DNA of 64,000 nt. It comes from Trichinella spiralis. Taxonomy: Eukaryota. The notes below the pieces were generated by a model. The model searched no databases. It had not been told where the DNA came from and saw only the letters and a list, made by a program, of their open reading frames with translations. How positions within the stretch are numbered: the stretch's first letter is position 1; each line of letters begins with the position of its first letter. Shown here in pieces: positions 1 to 13,700 of the stretch. The stretch is from positions 2,407,434 to 2,471,433 of the forward strand of contig NW_003526944.1 in NCBI RefSeq assembly GCF_000181795.1, given 5' to 3'. Both the position numbers and the translations under genes were made by a program.

Positions 1-1186
1 GCTCAGGAAAAGTACGTGATATATCCCGTCGAATGGCTTTTTCATGTGGAGAGTTGGAGCGCAGATATTCAGCATAGGCATCGTGAGCGGGTGCTTGATT
101 TGCACCGGATAGCAATTGCCAAGCAAGAGTGCGAAAGTAATTTGGGATTCCTTGACGAACTAAATCCTTAAATGAATTGTTTTTTCATATTACCATTTGT
201 ATTAAGAATAGTTATAAAAGAGGGCATAATAAATAAATAAATAAATAAATCAGTATATATGTATGTAGATGTAAATTTTGGCTTAGTGAAGAAATGCAAA
301 TGAAAATTACTCTAATAAGCTGAGGCTGCTTTTTGGATTCAGTTTCCCAATTTTTTACCAAATGTGCCCACGTGGCCCATAGATCTTCACTTTCATCAGC
401 AAGTTCTGTTGGGCTGTCATTAGTTGCACTTGTACTTTCTGTTGATGAATCACCAGAACGTAGGCTGCCATTTCCACTCACTGATCTATTATCAAGTTGA
501 TTTGCCCTGAAATATTACAATTTAGCTATTTTTGTTTTTAAAGAATAATTTTGTTGTTGCATTGTTTAAGTTAATTGTCTATAATTTAAATAGGCTCATT
601 TACATAGTTTAATTGAAAATTTTTGCCCAGTAATTTGACGTGAAAATTAGGAATTTGCTTTTTTCCCTTTATTCGTATGAATTTTGCATTACTTGCGGTA
701 AATAATTGGATTGTTGTACAGAAATGTGGTGCAGTGCACTTTTTAACGGTTCCATTAAAGTTGCTCTTGTAGAGCATCAGTTTGCTTGAAAATTATCTGA
801 GAAAAACTAGTTCTATTGAAAAAGAAAAGAATTTTCTAAACTGAAATGCAAACATCAAAATAGTCGACCTATATGAAGTGTATTTCAAAAAGTCATTACC
901 GTATAACTAACAATTGTATATCGAAAATAAAACATCAATTTACAAATTTGAAAATGCAGATAGAAATTTCATTTTAAAACTTAAAAAAATAATTGATTTT
1001 CTAAATTTAATTTTTAAATGAAATTTAAAGAAAGGAAATTTGTATATCTTACCTGTTTACGGCTACCATCTTTTTTAACACTTCCTTATCTTCGTTTGAT
1101 AATTGCCCTTCTTCAATATCTGAGCAAATATCATTCAAGCAGTTGTTAGCAGTTTGGAATTCACCAGCCACAACCATTGTATTCAT
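1..1186 (-). CDS. EVI5: EVI5-like TBC-domain Rab GTPase-activating protein, 5' part (exons ~1186-1053, 506-311, 166-<1; continues beyond the window)
   Basis: Spliced translation LSNEDKEVLKKMVAVNR/ANQLDNRSVSGNGS...LWATWAHLVKNWE.../DLVRQGIPNYFRTLAWQLLSG...EKAIRRDISRTFPE follows the EVI5 N-terminus and the TBC IxxDxxR arginine-finger motif; GT-AG introns. Confidence 0.9.
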
Positions 1187-4100
1187 AATTTCCAAATCAA
1201 GTCCAATCAGAAATTGCTGCGTGTTGTGTTTCTTTTATTTACCAACAATAGGTAAATTTTATTCATTTCATCATTGGGAATAAGCAAACATTGGATGCTA
1301 ATGAAATCTGAAAAGAATAATCTTTGAAATATTAATATAGAGATATTTCTTTCGTTTTGTTTTTTTTGAGCATGACAATTTTCATAAAGTAAAAGCAATT
1401 TGTAGAATAGATCTGGAAAATAATGAGGGAAAGCGAGAGAGAGAGGGAGAGAGAAATTTTGATTGCCAGCCAAACAACATTTGATGAACAAGCAAGCATT
1501 CAACGCACACTATTCAACCTGTTCTCTTTGCCAGGCAAGCAGAAAGGACCGAACTAGTTCAAGCAGGTATTGGTGGTGATGGCACGACCCTCTGAGATAC
1601 GGGGCTTTCAAGCTAGTAAATAACAACAACGATGACCATCAAGGCTGGTTGTCGAGGCCGAATTTTCCCATTTCTGTTTATACTGTACCGATGCGATGTG
1701 CATCAGATGTTTTTTATCAATTTCAAAAGCATCTCGTTAGCGTTGCTGCTGCTACTGCTACTGAAACACTCGACGAACAAATTACCTCTCGTTGTTGTCG
1801 TTGTTGTTACATCACACAGCCTCATTTACAAAACCCAGCAGTTGGTTGGTACACGCTTACACGAAACTTCTGTTGGCATTTTATAATTGACGGACGCTTT
1901 TCCTCTTAGCCTGCCGTATTGGCGCGTTTAACCTGGCCAAAAATTGAGGTCGACGAGAGCAGTACTGTACATTACAGTTGGAATCGACAGTTGCTGGTTG
2001 TTGGAAATTGTTCTGCTCGTCTGTCATATCAAAAAAACAAACATCCACTCACCTTCTCTTGATGACCAATTTAGAATTATCTGAATTTACATAAGAAAAA
2101 GTATTCTTTTCTATTATCTATCAGGGTGTGTGTGTATGTAGCTTCAAAATAATTGTCACTAATTTCAAATGTACACAGTTGTGCTCTGAGAAAGTAGTGG
2201 CAGTTTTTTCACCAAGGTTATACTGAAGCATACTTGCAAATTGGATATAATTACTGCGATACAGGTTGAACGCGCGTAATTGATGTCCGAATTAAAATGT
2301 AAAAGAAGTGGAAATTGGCAAAAACAAAGCCATTTTCAGTATTTCTCAAATGATTTCAGTGACGTATGTCGATGGATGGGGTGAATAGTTGTTCCATTTT
2401 ACGCGACAATCGCAAGTCGAAAGTTGACCTGTCACAATGCTCCTGGCAATTTCAAAGTGATCAGATTTAAAAACTGCCAAAAGTTTTAAACCATTAGAAA
2501 TGAATTAATTTTCATTTTTGCATTAAAAAGCAAGAAAACAGCATTGGAATGTTATATTGCGATTCGATGAGAAAGATAACATGAATATGTGTTTAAATTT
2601 ATGAAAATTTTCTTCAAAACTTGCCTGTAGAAATGGAAAATGTTTTGAAAGTTGAAAAGGAAATGCTCTATAAAATTTGTTGGAAAAGTCAAATGAGAAA
2701 AGAAGGACAGAAGAAAATCTCTTCAACTGGCTTGTTTGTTAGGCAACAGCAACAACAATAGCTGACTTGTGAGGTCGACCAATGAAAATCGTCGACCGCG
2801 ATGCGAACCAGCTGGAGGGCGTCCACTTCCGGCCTCTAGAAGACCTCAAAAACTCCATTAATCAATTTACTTTTGTTGAATAGTGGGATAATTTTTATCC
2901 GGGAATAAATACTTTATCCTATTTTGATATTTCATTATTATTACTTTTTTTTAATTCGAAACCACAATGTATTTACTATTATTATTAATTAATTCATCGG
3001 TCGGCAAATTTTACTTCGCTTTTTATTTCCAACGAAATTCGTGAATTTTGCACTTAGCAGTTGTAATGGAAGAAAGAATTTTTCAAATTAACCTTGATTT
3101 TGTTTTCCAAGATGAATTTATTTCCCCTGTTAAATTATCACAACTTGAACATGTTAATGATGTTAATGTTATTTTTAGCTTTACTTTTGTATCTTATTTT
3201 CACATGATCGAAAGCGCACGTTTTTCACGATATAAAATTGTAGCTTAGAAAAACATTTCCGAAGCAAATATTTGATGTAGATCAAAAAATTATTATGCCA
3301 ACAGGTGCTAGTTGTTCGATTGATCAAGGTATGATTTCACCTAGTTGAAGATGCCATTTGAAATGATGATTCATCAATGGAAGGAAATTGAAAATTTGAT
3401 TGTATTGAAGGTGTATTTGCATGAATGATTAATTTTGAAAAATAAAAAGAAGAAAACGGTTTTGTCATCGGGATCAATCAATGTTTGTGGTTGTTCAGCA
3501 TTAAAATGAAAACAAATTATCTATCAATAGCAAAATTGTGCAAAGTGTATTTCACGTAGGAGAAACATACTCTGCAGTTTCGCTTTACAAGTGGACAGAC
3601 AGACAGACAGACGACACAGTGGAATAAGTGTGCAATTTTATCTGATTACGTTTATGGGTGGGTAAACATGACTGAAAAGTAAACAAACTTGAAGCATTCG
3701 GTGAAAAGGTATTTGCATAAAAATTATTTCCCGTTATTTTTTATACTCGATGAAATTGTAAATGGTGAATTTTGCACGCAATTGTTCTTTTATGACGTGG
3801 CATTTGTGAAATGTTGTCTACTTGAAAATTCCATAACGTAAATTTAATTTAATTTTAATGTAGCACTATCAAGAAACAGTATTTTTCAAATATTTCCTAT
3901 GAATATACAGAATAATGAAATATTTTTTGGGATTTTTATATTAGATAGTGTGATATATTTTTCGACATGTTGTAGTCTTGTGAAAAATTATCTATACAAT
4001 TAACTGCATGTTCTTTGGTTTGAATTGAAATTGAAATTTCTATATTTTCATAAAAACCAGAATAGTTATAAATTGCAAGACTATTTATGATGGCAGATGA

Positions 4101-6208
4101 ATTGCAATTTGCAAGCAATTGAATAAAAGCTATATTGTTAATTTCTACGCAAAAAATGATTGAAAATAATCTTAGGAAAGAGATTTTTAAGAAACACAAA
4201 TTATTGTAAAACTATGGTAAAATATTTTTATAAGAAAATTAAAAGCGTACAAGGAATTTTAAGAAAATCGATGAACAACACTCACCGTTCAAAGCAGTAA
4301 ACAAACAAGGTGAGTTGATGCCACGTTACCAGGTTACAAAGCGTCGATGCAGCGCAGTATCGTAGTCGCACCAGCCATTCGTGCCAACCTGAATTTGATT
4401 TTCGATAACAGTACGTGAAAGACTGATTTTTCATTTGCCAGAAATGTATGACAACTAATATTTGTTGTACACATCTGAAAATGAAATTTATTATCCAGTC
4501 GTTTTGTTACCAGTTGTGGTTTTAATATACCGGAATGTATCGTATGAAATCTGAACACTCTGAGCAGCAACTATTACTCTTTTTCATCTGTACAATAATT
4601 ATTTGTATATTTTACAACATTTCTATAAGATATCAGTATCTATAATCATCAACATATATCAAGATGGAAATTTTAATTTGAAATTACTGAGAAATCTGTT
4701 TTTCAAGCAATCTGATTATTGCAAATCAATGCATAATTATTATTTGGTAGAGAGTTATTTCGACCTCAAAATTGTCTGAAATTTTAATTGCTTTATTGTT
4801 TTTTTTTGTATTTGCTGGAGTTCGCTTTGTCGACTGAGCATTTCAAAGTTTAAAATCTGTGAAAAGTAGAATTTAGAAAATCCTCCGTGAAGCAAATCCA
4901 AATTGAACAATGCCAAAGTATTTATTGCTGTTATCAGTTGTGATTGCAGTTTTTTTACTTATTAACGTTATTGTCATTAGGATGCATAAAAATAGAATGA
5001 TTTATGGATGGATGTATTATAATTAACTACATTATATTCAGATTGTCTTCAATTTCACCATCATTTCTTTATTGTTTCTTTTATTTACGCTCAGTAACGT
5101 CTGCTATTGTTGTTTAATTTTTTTTCCAATCCACAGTTTTTAAGAAAATAAAAAAATATCAAAGCACTTGCAGGCTGCTGTCTCCACCGTCAGCGATTAT
5201 TTACTGACGGTTAGCCGACGTTTGTTTATACATAATAAACGATGCTGTTCGATCATGTCGAACTGAGATTTTTTTACTTTTTGAGTAACGTCATAGTTAC
5301 TGTAAAATTACAGAAGATTGCATATTGACACTGAGGAATAATTTACATTTCAGGTGTAATTTATTGAATTTTGGTGTTGTTGTTCAGTCTGTCTGCAGTG
5401 TAATCTGTTGTACATGAAAAAGCAGTAGATGGTTTAATATTTAATAAATGTCACATTCTGACTTTGAGAACAATTCATTGTCTTCCCGTATTGTAGATGA
5501 GATTTGCATTTATTTGTGAAAAGAAGGGTGTATGAATTTCAGTTATTTACAGTTTGATGAAATGTTTTTTATTTATACCAGCTGGTTTGCAAGGTTGAAA
5601 TATGAGTTTTGGAATGATTAAATAATAGAATAGTTGTGCGTAGTTAGTGAAGAATGCGAAAAAAGTGATCCGCAATTTGCAAGACTTTTTTCTCTACATA
5701 TAACCCCTTGTTCTGTAAGCGAATTAATCTTAATAGATTGTTTAAATGATCATTGGCATTTAGTTGTCATTTTTATTGACAATGGTCTGCAAATTAAAAC
5801 AAGTTAAAATTGAAAATTTTATTTTATATAAAATAATAGAGCTAACTTTAGTTTTATAAAAAATATTTTGCTTATTAAATCGCAATTGTAATTATCATAA
5901 ATTTTAACAAATCAAAATCTGTTTAATATAATTTCATAATTTTAGCCTGAGCATCATGATCTAATTTTGTTATTTACCGTATTCATTAAAGTATGCATTA
6001 ATTTTTAGCGACGCGCATTTTTCACGCAATTCTGATTTTAGCAGCGTTCACCTAATTAGCATGTAAGTTGTTTGCAATTTTTTTTGAATATATTCGTTAC
6101 GAAAATACGAATTTTCAGTTTATACTTTTATTTCGTAATAGAAATGCTAAAATTGTAATAGTGATGGGGATGAAATATCATTGCTCACGAACTTATTATT
6201 TCAGTCGC

Positions 6209-6889
6209 ATGATGTCGCTGATTCAAAGGATCATCAATCAAGCAGAGCTTGTGGCTAGGTCGAAATGCGACGTCGCATCGGTTGAATTTAAACAGCTGAA
6301 GGATTTGATGAATCAAGTTCGAGCGAAAGATTTAAATTACAACGGATCAAAAGCTTTTGAGCAACTGGGTTACATCGAGTCTGACATGAAACACGCACCT
6401 TGCCTTTATACAGAAGTGTATCGAAATGAAAGAATGAACGTCTGTATCTTTTGTGTTCCGAATGGCCGTGAAATTCCGCTTCACGATCATCCGTATATGT
6501 GTGGCATCATGAAAATCATTGAAGGAAAGGCGCTAGTGGAGGCGTACTCACATGCAGCACTTCCGCCTCCAAATATTGTGGATGGGGTTCCTGTTGAAGT
6601 GGTCATGCATCCACCTATACAAATGACATGCGAAGATCAGCCAGGAGTTTTCACACCCTATGAACGGAATTTTCACCGTGTCACTAGTGTAGGTGATTAT
6701 ACGTCGTTCTTTGATGTGCTCATTCCACCATATAACAAAACAAACCGCCAGTGTCATTACTTTTCAGTTAAAAATGTTGACTCATCTGATGTTGGTGTTC
6801 AGAAGTGCTCACTACTGCCGTCTTTATCTTGCGATTATTATTGCGATGATTATAATTTGCAAGATAAACCAACTACTTCTCAAATATGA
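6209..6889 (+). CDS. ADO: 2-aminoethanethiol (cysteamine) dioxygenase, PCO/ADO family, single coding exon
   Basis: EIPLHDHPYMCGIMKIIEG cupin motif, P...NFHRV and FFDVLIPPY...RQCHYF. The ATG at 6209 follows a TTTCAG acceptor, so the ORF-track start at 6068 is probably too far upstream. Confidence 0.92.
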   Translation: MMSLIQRIINQAELVARSKCDVASVEFKQLKDLMNQVRAKDLNYNGSKAFEQLGYIESDMKHAPCLYTEVYRNERMNVCIFCVPNGREIPLHDHPYMCGIMKIIEGKALVEAYSHAALPPPNIVDGVPVEVVMHPPIQMTCEDQPGVFTPYERNFHRVTSVGDYTSFFDVLIPPYNKTNRQCHYFSVKNVDSSDVGVQKCSLLPSLSCDYYCDDYNLQDKPTTSQI

Positions 6890-8246
6890 TACGCGTTTCT
6901 TGATCTTCTCCTTGCCTGAGCAGTAATTTTGCTCGCGTCTTTTAACATTTATTTGTTGAATAAAATTTTTACATATTGAACTAGTTGTACTGCCTAAAGT
7001 AAACATGGAATTTTAATTAATTAAAACCGATATCGGTACGTAGTTTATTTACATTGCTTTGCTTTGAATGTGTGAATTTTGTCTTACGGAAGTGAACATT
7101 TATTTATTAAGATGAATTTTAGTATATCTGCCCTGTAAATTGTTCTGAGCTCTAAATTGAAAATTTGAGCTCGAAACATCAAAACCAAGTCATTTCAGTT
7201 CGTACAGTATGTGTAGAATTTCAAGTAAACAGCGGATGCACATATAATAACGTAAGTAAATATTTTTTTATGATTGATCTTAAAGCATGATGAAATATTT
7301 TTTTTTTGAAAATCTTATAAAATAAATAACTTTGTTCATTTCAAGTAATATGAAATACGCTGAAATCGATCTATGTGATAAACGGTTGCCTGATTTTGGT
7401 TATACTGTAGCTTACAATACGGTGTGGTATCGTTTTGCTTTTTATGTTCTTACGTAAAGCTCCTTCTCATAAATTTGAATTGTGCATGCAACTCATTCAA
7501 ACTAACATCTGATTCGAAGCATATGTACTGGTTAGGTTGTGTTGTGCCTCTGGCGTACAGTAAACTAACCGAAAATTAGTACTATATATATTATGTAAAT
7601 CGCAATTTATAAAGCTGTTACCGTCACTGTTGAGCGCAAACTACTTTATTTGCTGTATTAATACTTTTATGCAAAATAGTTTTAATCTCGTATTCTGTTT
7701 ATTGTACTTTGAATGTGATATTTAAAACAAAGTTTACCTGTCTGAAATCTATCCAGTCAAATTCAGCTTAATGCACGTAAATATTTAATTTATAAAATAT
7801 TCAATAGAGTAATTTATATTATGATGCCAATAAATGCATGCAAAACTATAATATAAATTGTTCTTTAATTTAGTAAATTACAGTATGCATTCCTTTCTTC
7901 CTTGAATGTTTGACTCCAGTTTTGTGGCTGTTATAGGGTTCCGTGAAAAAAGCAGTGAAGTATAATAATTCCACTTCGCTGCACTTAATTGCATTATTAA
8001 TTTAGCCTTAACTTTTGCAGTATTTTTAAATACTTGTTAAATGGCACAGGTTGCTTTTATGTAAATCGAATTTTATTAAGTGTATATTTAATTATGTTGA
8101 AGTATATAAATTAAATTTGACAGGAACATTATTAATAACAAGTAAGTTTGCATGTAGCAGAACAAGTGAAACGTCCCTTTTCACTGTTTGTTGCAAATAT
8201 GAAGAGAATTCATCAATGATCACAATAACGTTATTGTAGCTAGAAA

Positions 8247-11200
8247 ATGGCAGAGTCTTCTATGAACGCCGTGGAACAACTTCTGTTTGATGCTTGGAGT
8301 GAATGCTGGCCGGATATTATTTTTATGAAACAGTTGAGACAGCGAATTGAAATCACTAATCAAAATATTGAACAGTTATCTTGTAAGTAGTCTTATTTTC
8401 TGATTTGAATTGGTTATTTTGTATTTCAGGTTCCGTGCAAACATTTGTAATTATTATTGCTATTTTTTTATAGTTTGAGTTGATAATATTTGAAAAATGT
8501 TGCTTTGATTTATTTTCATGCTTTAATTTTTTTTACTATTCTATTCTATTGTCAAACATAACTTTGATATTCTGTTTAGCATTACTCCTGTATTATGTTA
8601 CGTTGAGCGAAATGCCCAATCGTCTCATGTTGAAGTACATAAGATTTTGTCTAGATACTCAAGTAATTTTTTGTTACAATTTGTTTAAGCTTATTTATTT
8701 TGTTTAAATTTATATTTATATCCATTTACGTTTCAGGTTGTTCCATGTGTTGCATTTCTTAACGTTGTGAATTCTTATCGCTGTTACGAAAAAGTTGGGT
8801 GCATTAATGAAATTTTGGTTCTTGTAATTTACTGTCTGGATAAATTAAAGTAAAATACTTTTATGAAAATTAGAAGAAAATTTTTCTGACGACTTTCTAT
8901 TTAGTTGTGATTTTTGTGATGCAGATGTTTGCGTTCGAACTAGCATTTTGGTCATGAACACGGTACTTTGGATTCTCGCTTATGTCGAGTATTTGCTGAC
9001 TGGCAATAATTTCCCGCCCTTAGCTCATCTTCTGAGTTTGGTTTTTACATTGAAAGAGAACAAATTTGTGCAATTTTGCAATTATTTTGTTTGTTGGGAA
9101 TTATCAGGTAAGTGAATGATAATGAAGGCAAGTTTCGTTAAAATATTACTTCAAATCGTATCATACAGAGTTCCATGACCAGATCAAAGTATCGATTGTT
9201 AATATCAAAGTTAAGATAGAGGAAAATCGACACTCTTTTCCAGCGGATTTGTTAGACAACATGTTGACATTTTTGTCTTTTCTTGACATTGAAAAGTAGT
9301 TTTTCAAGTCTGAATTTTGCACACTGAAAAGCGATAACGAAGCTTGCGTTTTTAGGGATTCCTATGACAATCTGTTCTCTGCTAATCCGAATGAAATATT
9401 AGCAAAAAGCGTAAGAGCATCAGATTCTCGCATTCCATCAGTTGTGATTTCTTTGAGTGGCATTTTTGCTCATGTACAATCTATGAAAGGAATCGCCGCT
9501 ATGGTCGAAGCATTGAAAGTTGCTAAAGATATTCAGGTTTGTGTTGTTGCAGTTTATAATATGTATACAACGTGTAATCAGATTGTATGTATAATTTCAC
9601 CAGGGATAAAATTTTTCAGACTGTTTTGTTGCACCCTTTATTTTGAGTGTATATGAGTGTTTTATACAAAAGAAACATGAAATATGCAATTACTGTACTG
9701 CTAAGGACTGAATAATTTTCAAAATATATATTTTATTTTTTAATATCTGTTTTTAGGGCGAAAGTTGGTTAAACATACTTCATGATTTAATTATGGGTGG
9801 CATTCTTCAGCAGCATGATGATTCCACTACTTTACCATTTTCAGTTTCCAGTTCATATCTGTACTTAAGGGTGAGTTTGCTTCTTTCAACTATTAACAAG
9901 GCTTGAAACATTGCTATTATTTAATGTTGTACTATTGAGACAGTTTTGCCACATTATTTCTTAGAGTGATTGTCAATCATTCATGATAATTGTAAAACTA
10001 GAAATATTTTGTTAATTATTAATTTTAAATATTAAATGTAATTTTATAGTGTCGTGAAATAATTTAGTTGCAATGCACTGCAAGCGTTTTTCTTGATAAT
10101 TATTAAAAATTTTTCATTGAAACACCAAATGATCATGCTGTTTTCGTGCATTCATGTTCTGTTTTAGATTCCTCGTTTGTTAAGCCAATTAGTTGCTGAA
10201 GGTATTCCTAAGGAGACATTGCTAGGAAGTTTGAAGCGTATAGCAACATCTGAAGCGGTACTGAATGTTTCGGATACCAAAGCAAGGTGATTTTGTTTCG
10301 CGATAGTGAGTTTTGCTTGTAATAAATTTTTAATTTTAATTTCAGATGTAATACATTGCAAGCTTTTTTGAATGTACTCAGTGAATTAGGCATTTTGCAA
10401 GAATCAGAAAAAGATACTCTGATGGCAATAAGGTTTATTGTTTTCTTAAATATTAAATCACCAATCAATTGAGCATACGAAATTCAGAGATGAGATGCGG
10501 AAAGAGCTTTACGTTCAAGAAGGTCAACCAACTATTAACTTGGTTCTGAGAGCTGAATTTACGCTTCAATCAATTGTTAAGGTAATTTTTCTTTTAATTT
10601 AGAGTCCATAAGGGACGTGCTTTAAAGAAAACGTTATTCACAGGCTTTTGATGCTCATCAAGCTCTAGAACGATGGCCACAAATGTTGAATACCATGATG
10701 TCTGGAAAATCGTTGCTTTACATTTGCGCGGCTGCAATTTCAATTGACCAATTAAATTTGCTTGCCGAACGATTGATCAAGTTTGTTATTTTGATTGTCA
10801 TTTTTTACTTGTAAAAAATTAAATTTGTTTAGAATCACTGAAACTTACAAAGAAGTTGTACCAGTGGGTGAAGATGCACAGAAATCCGTGCCTCCTAGTC
10901 ACGATTTATTTGACATGTCGTTTCTGTTGCTTCACCGACTTTCCCAGTATTATTCAACGACTGTAATGATTTTTCCTTTTCCAAATCACACGTATCTGTA
11001 ACACAAGAAGATCTTCAGACGTGCCTTCGACCTGGGGATCCATTTTTCAAAACGTGGTACTTTTCCAGTGCAATTGATCTTGTTCGCAACATGTTTGATC
11101 CAGAAGATCTACCCCAACTGCTGAAAAACGTACCGATGGATTTGGAACTAGCCAGTGATGTACTTTCACGATTGAGGGTTGGACAACCAGGTTGGTTGAA

Positions 11201-12955
11201 CATCAGGTGAATTATTTTTTTTCAATTTTCTTTCCATTTATTGTGTTTTCTTTTTTTTGAATAACTTCAGAACTTGGTATTGTATTATTGATTTGATTCC
11301 ATCTATTGTGCAAGTGGTATTGAACGAAGTATTGCTCGACACGATTTCAATCGAAGAATTAAAAGTAAAATGAAATATATAAAGCACATCAAAATAGCCA
11401 AATGAGTGTGTATATTTTTTAGCATATATTTTCTGGCTTATTATTTTTAAACATACATGGTGTATCTTGCATGTGTAGTCCATTGTTGTGTTTTGCTCAG
11501 TATGTGGCTTTGCAAAAGACCGACGAAGCGACGAAATTGGCTAGCAGTTTATTCAGCTTTTTCGAATCCATCACACCATCAGATGCAGAACGGAATCGTC
11601 AAACGGACAGGTGATGCAGTTTATTTTATTAAAATATCATTTCTATGATTTGCGAGAAGAAACTGTAAAAATTTTCTACATAATTTTAAATATATTTAGG
11701 CAAACGTTCATGGTGAATTCTGCAAAAAAGTTGTTCTCCACTTACCGAGAATTGCCGGTGACGCTGATGCATGTACTGAGAATGAATCGGGCTCCGGCCC
11801 AATTGAATCATTCGTCCGATGATCATTTCCCGGTTATTGGAAAGCCGGAAAATATCCGTTCATTTTTTGCCGCTTCCGAAAGAGTTGGTTATCTGACGGC
11901 TGCTCTAATTGCTAGAATAATTGTGTTGGTTGAATCAGAACAGTATGATTCTTGGCTTAGTGCTTTTATCGAGGTATTTTGCTTTGCTTATTTCTCTTAG
12001 TGAGCGTTACTGTGATTAATGATTTAGTCGTAAATTAAGTTTTCAGGTTGTTGTCAATTTTGAAATCGTTATGCACTGTGCTTAGTTTTAAACTTTTTGA
12101 AGTCTTCCTTGCAATTGAAGAGATATTTTTAGGCTTTGCAGAAAGTCAACACTATGCAAGGGATGGAAAAGTGGTGCAATTTGAATTTAGCGTGTTGCTT
12201 TATTAGGCCCAAAGAATGTACACTTGCCCTGATACCACTGCTCAGTAATTACGTATTGCACGACGACCGTGATTTGTTCTGCGTAGCACCACGGGGAAAT
12301 ATTCTTGCATTTTTCCTCGTTAAGCTTTACTTGATAGCACTCCGTTATACCACTCCAACGGCTGCTGTTGATAAAGCGGAGACAACCGAGTTCTCCGTGG
12401 GTAATGGCCAGCTTGAAATATAAATTGTGCTCTGCTTTGTTCGTTTCATTTTGATAGTTATTTTTACAGATGAATATTCTGTGCAAAACGATACCAACAG
12501 TAGTACGGCCGACAGGTCAGCAGTGATTGCATCTCTCCGTAAGCCGTGTCCAACCTCTCTTAAGTTTCGAAATAATAATCCATCGAGCATTATATCTATT
12601 TTCAGGAGAATTATTCAGTTGTAAATTTGAAGTGGTCCGAAGTGGAGAGCTCTGTCCCACTGTTGCATTTGTTAGCAACTTTTTGTACTGTCTTTCGGAA
12701 TATTCCACCCCTGAAGCAGAATTGATTAAAAATGAAGTACCCATGCATTTGGTTGGTGATCCTCTGAAAAAATTGTTGAATCAGATAATAATCACTAGAT
12801 GCTTTTTTTTTCTTTAGATATTTTCTCTTTTACGAGCTGATCCAGATATTTTGTCAATGCGAACAGTGTTGCGTTTATTCGACTTAAAGGGTGAAATTCA
12901 ACGGCGCAAAGCCTTACAGATTGCTTTCTTATTGAAAAGGAAAAAGCATCTCTAG
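8247..12955 (+). CDS. MED24: Mediator complex subunit 24, multi-exon
   Basis: Exon translations EQLLFDAWSECWPD, MPNRLMLKYIRFCLDTQ, NLVLRAEFTLQSIVK, SGKSLLYICAAA and DLFDMSFLLL match, in order, MED24 motifs (AILQAWKERWSD, SPNPLILSYLKYAISSQ, LILRAEPTVTNILK, GKSLDLLLAAA, LLFDISFLML); terminal exon ends KRKKHL-TAG. Confidence 0.85.
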
Positions 12956-13700
12956 ATACTCGTCTCTAAGAAAACATAATTTTTCAAATATTATAGTAAC
13001 GTATTCATAATTGAATCAATATGTTATTTATTATAATTGTCTCGATAGATATCGATCAGACATTTGAGCAGTTGCTGTTCAAAATTCATTTATTCAGAAG
13101 TTATTGAAGAACATTATTTATATTTAAATATTATTGAAATTTCAGTCGATATGGTTCTGTTCGTTAATATTGCAATAACTGCGGCAGTGAAAGTAGAAAC
13201 AGAGTTTACTCATTGCAGCAGTTATTCTTAATGTAGAAATGTAAACATGTGTATTGCATTAAATAGTGCATTGAATAATCTTCAGAACAGAGAGTTCTTT
13301 ATTCCTGAAAGGCGAAACGATTTGTAAAACAGTTACAAAATTCTTTATTTAATTTGCGTAGCAGTGATCAATCAGTCAATGCGTGGGAACATCATTTTCG
13401 AAATTTTTCTCCCTGAACGATGAAAGCGTTTCAGGAATTTGAGAACAAATTATTTTTTGAGGGCTCCGTTATTCTTTTTGGTTTTTATTCCAATTCGAAA
13501 TTTCTATAACAACGACATCTGGAAGCCGTAAGAAGCCGTATTTGGCCACAATCACGGATCTCGTACTGATGATTGGTCAGTGTATAATTCAATCTGGATA
13601 AATTGTGCTACTTAAACGACTTCAGGTGAGATTGTTTTTATTCTTGTAACTTTAGAAAACTCAAAAGCTGCTTATTACTTTACTTTCTGATTTGCTCAAA

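Noticed and set aside
6887..6926. ADO TGA stop read as selenocysteine
   Set aside because: It falls after the complete domain at a non-Cys position, and no SECIS was recognised.
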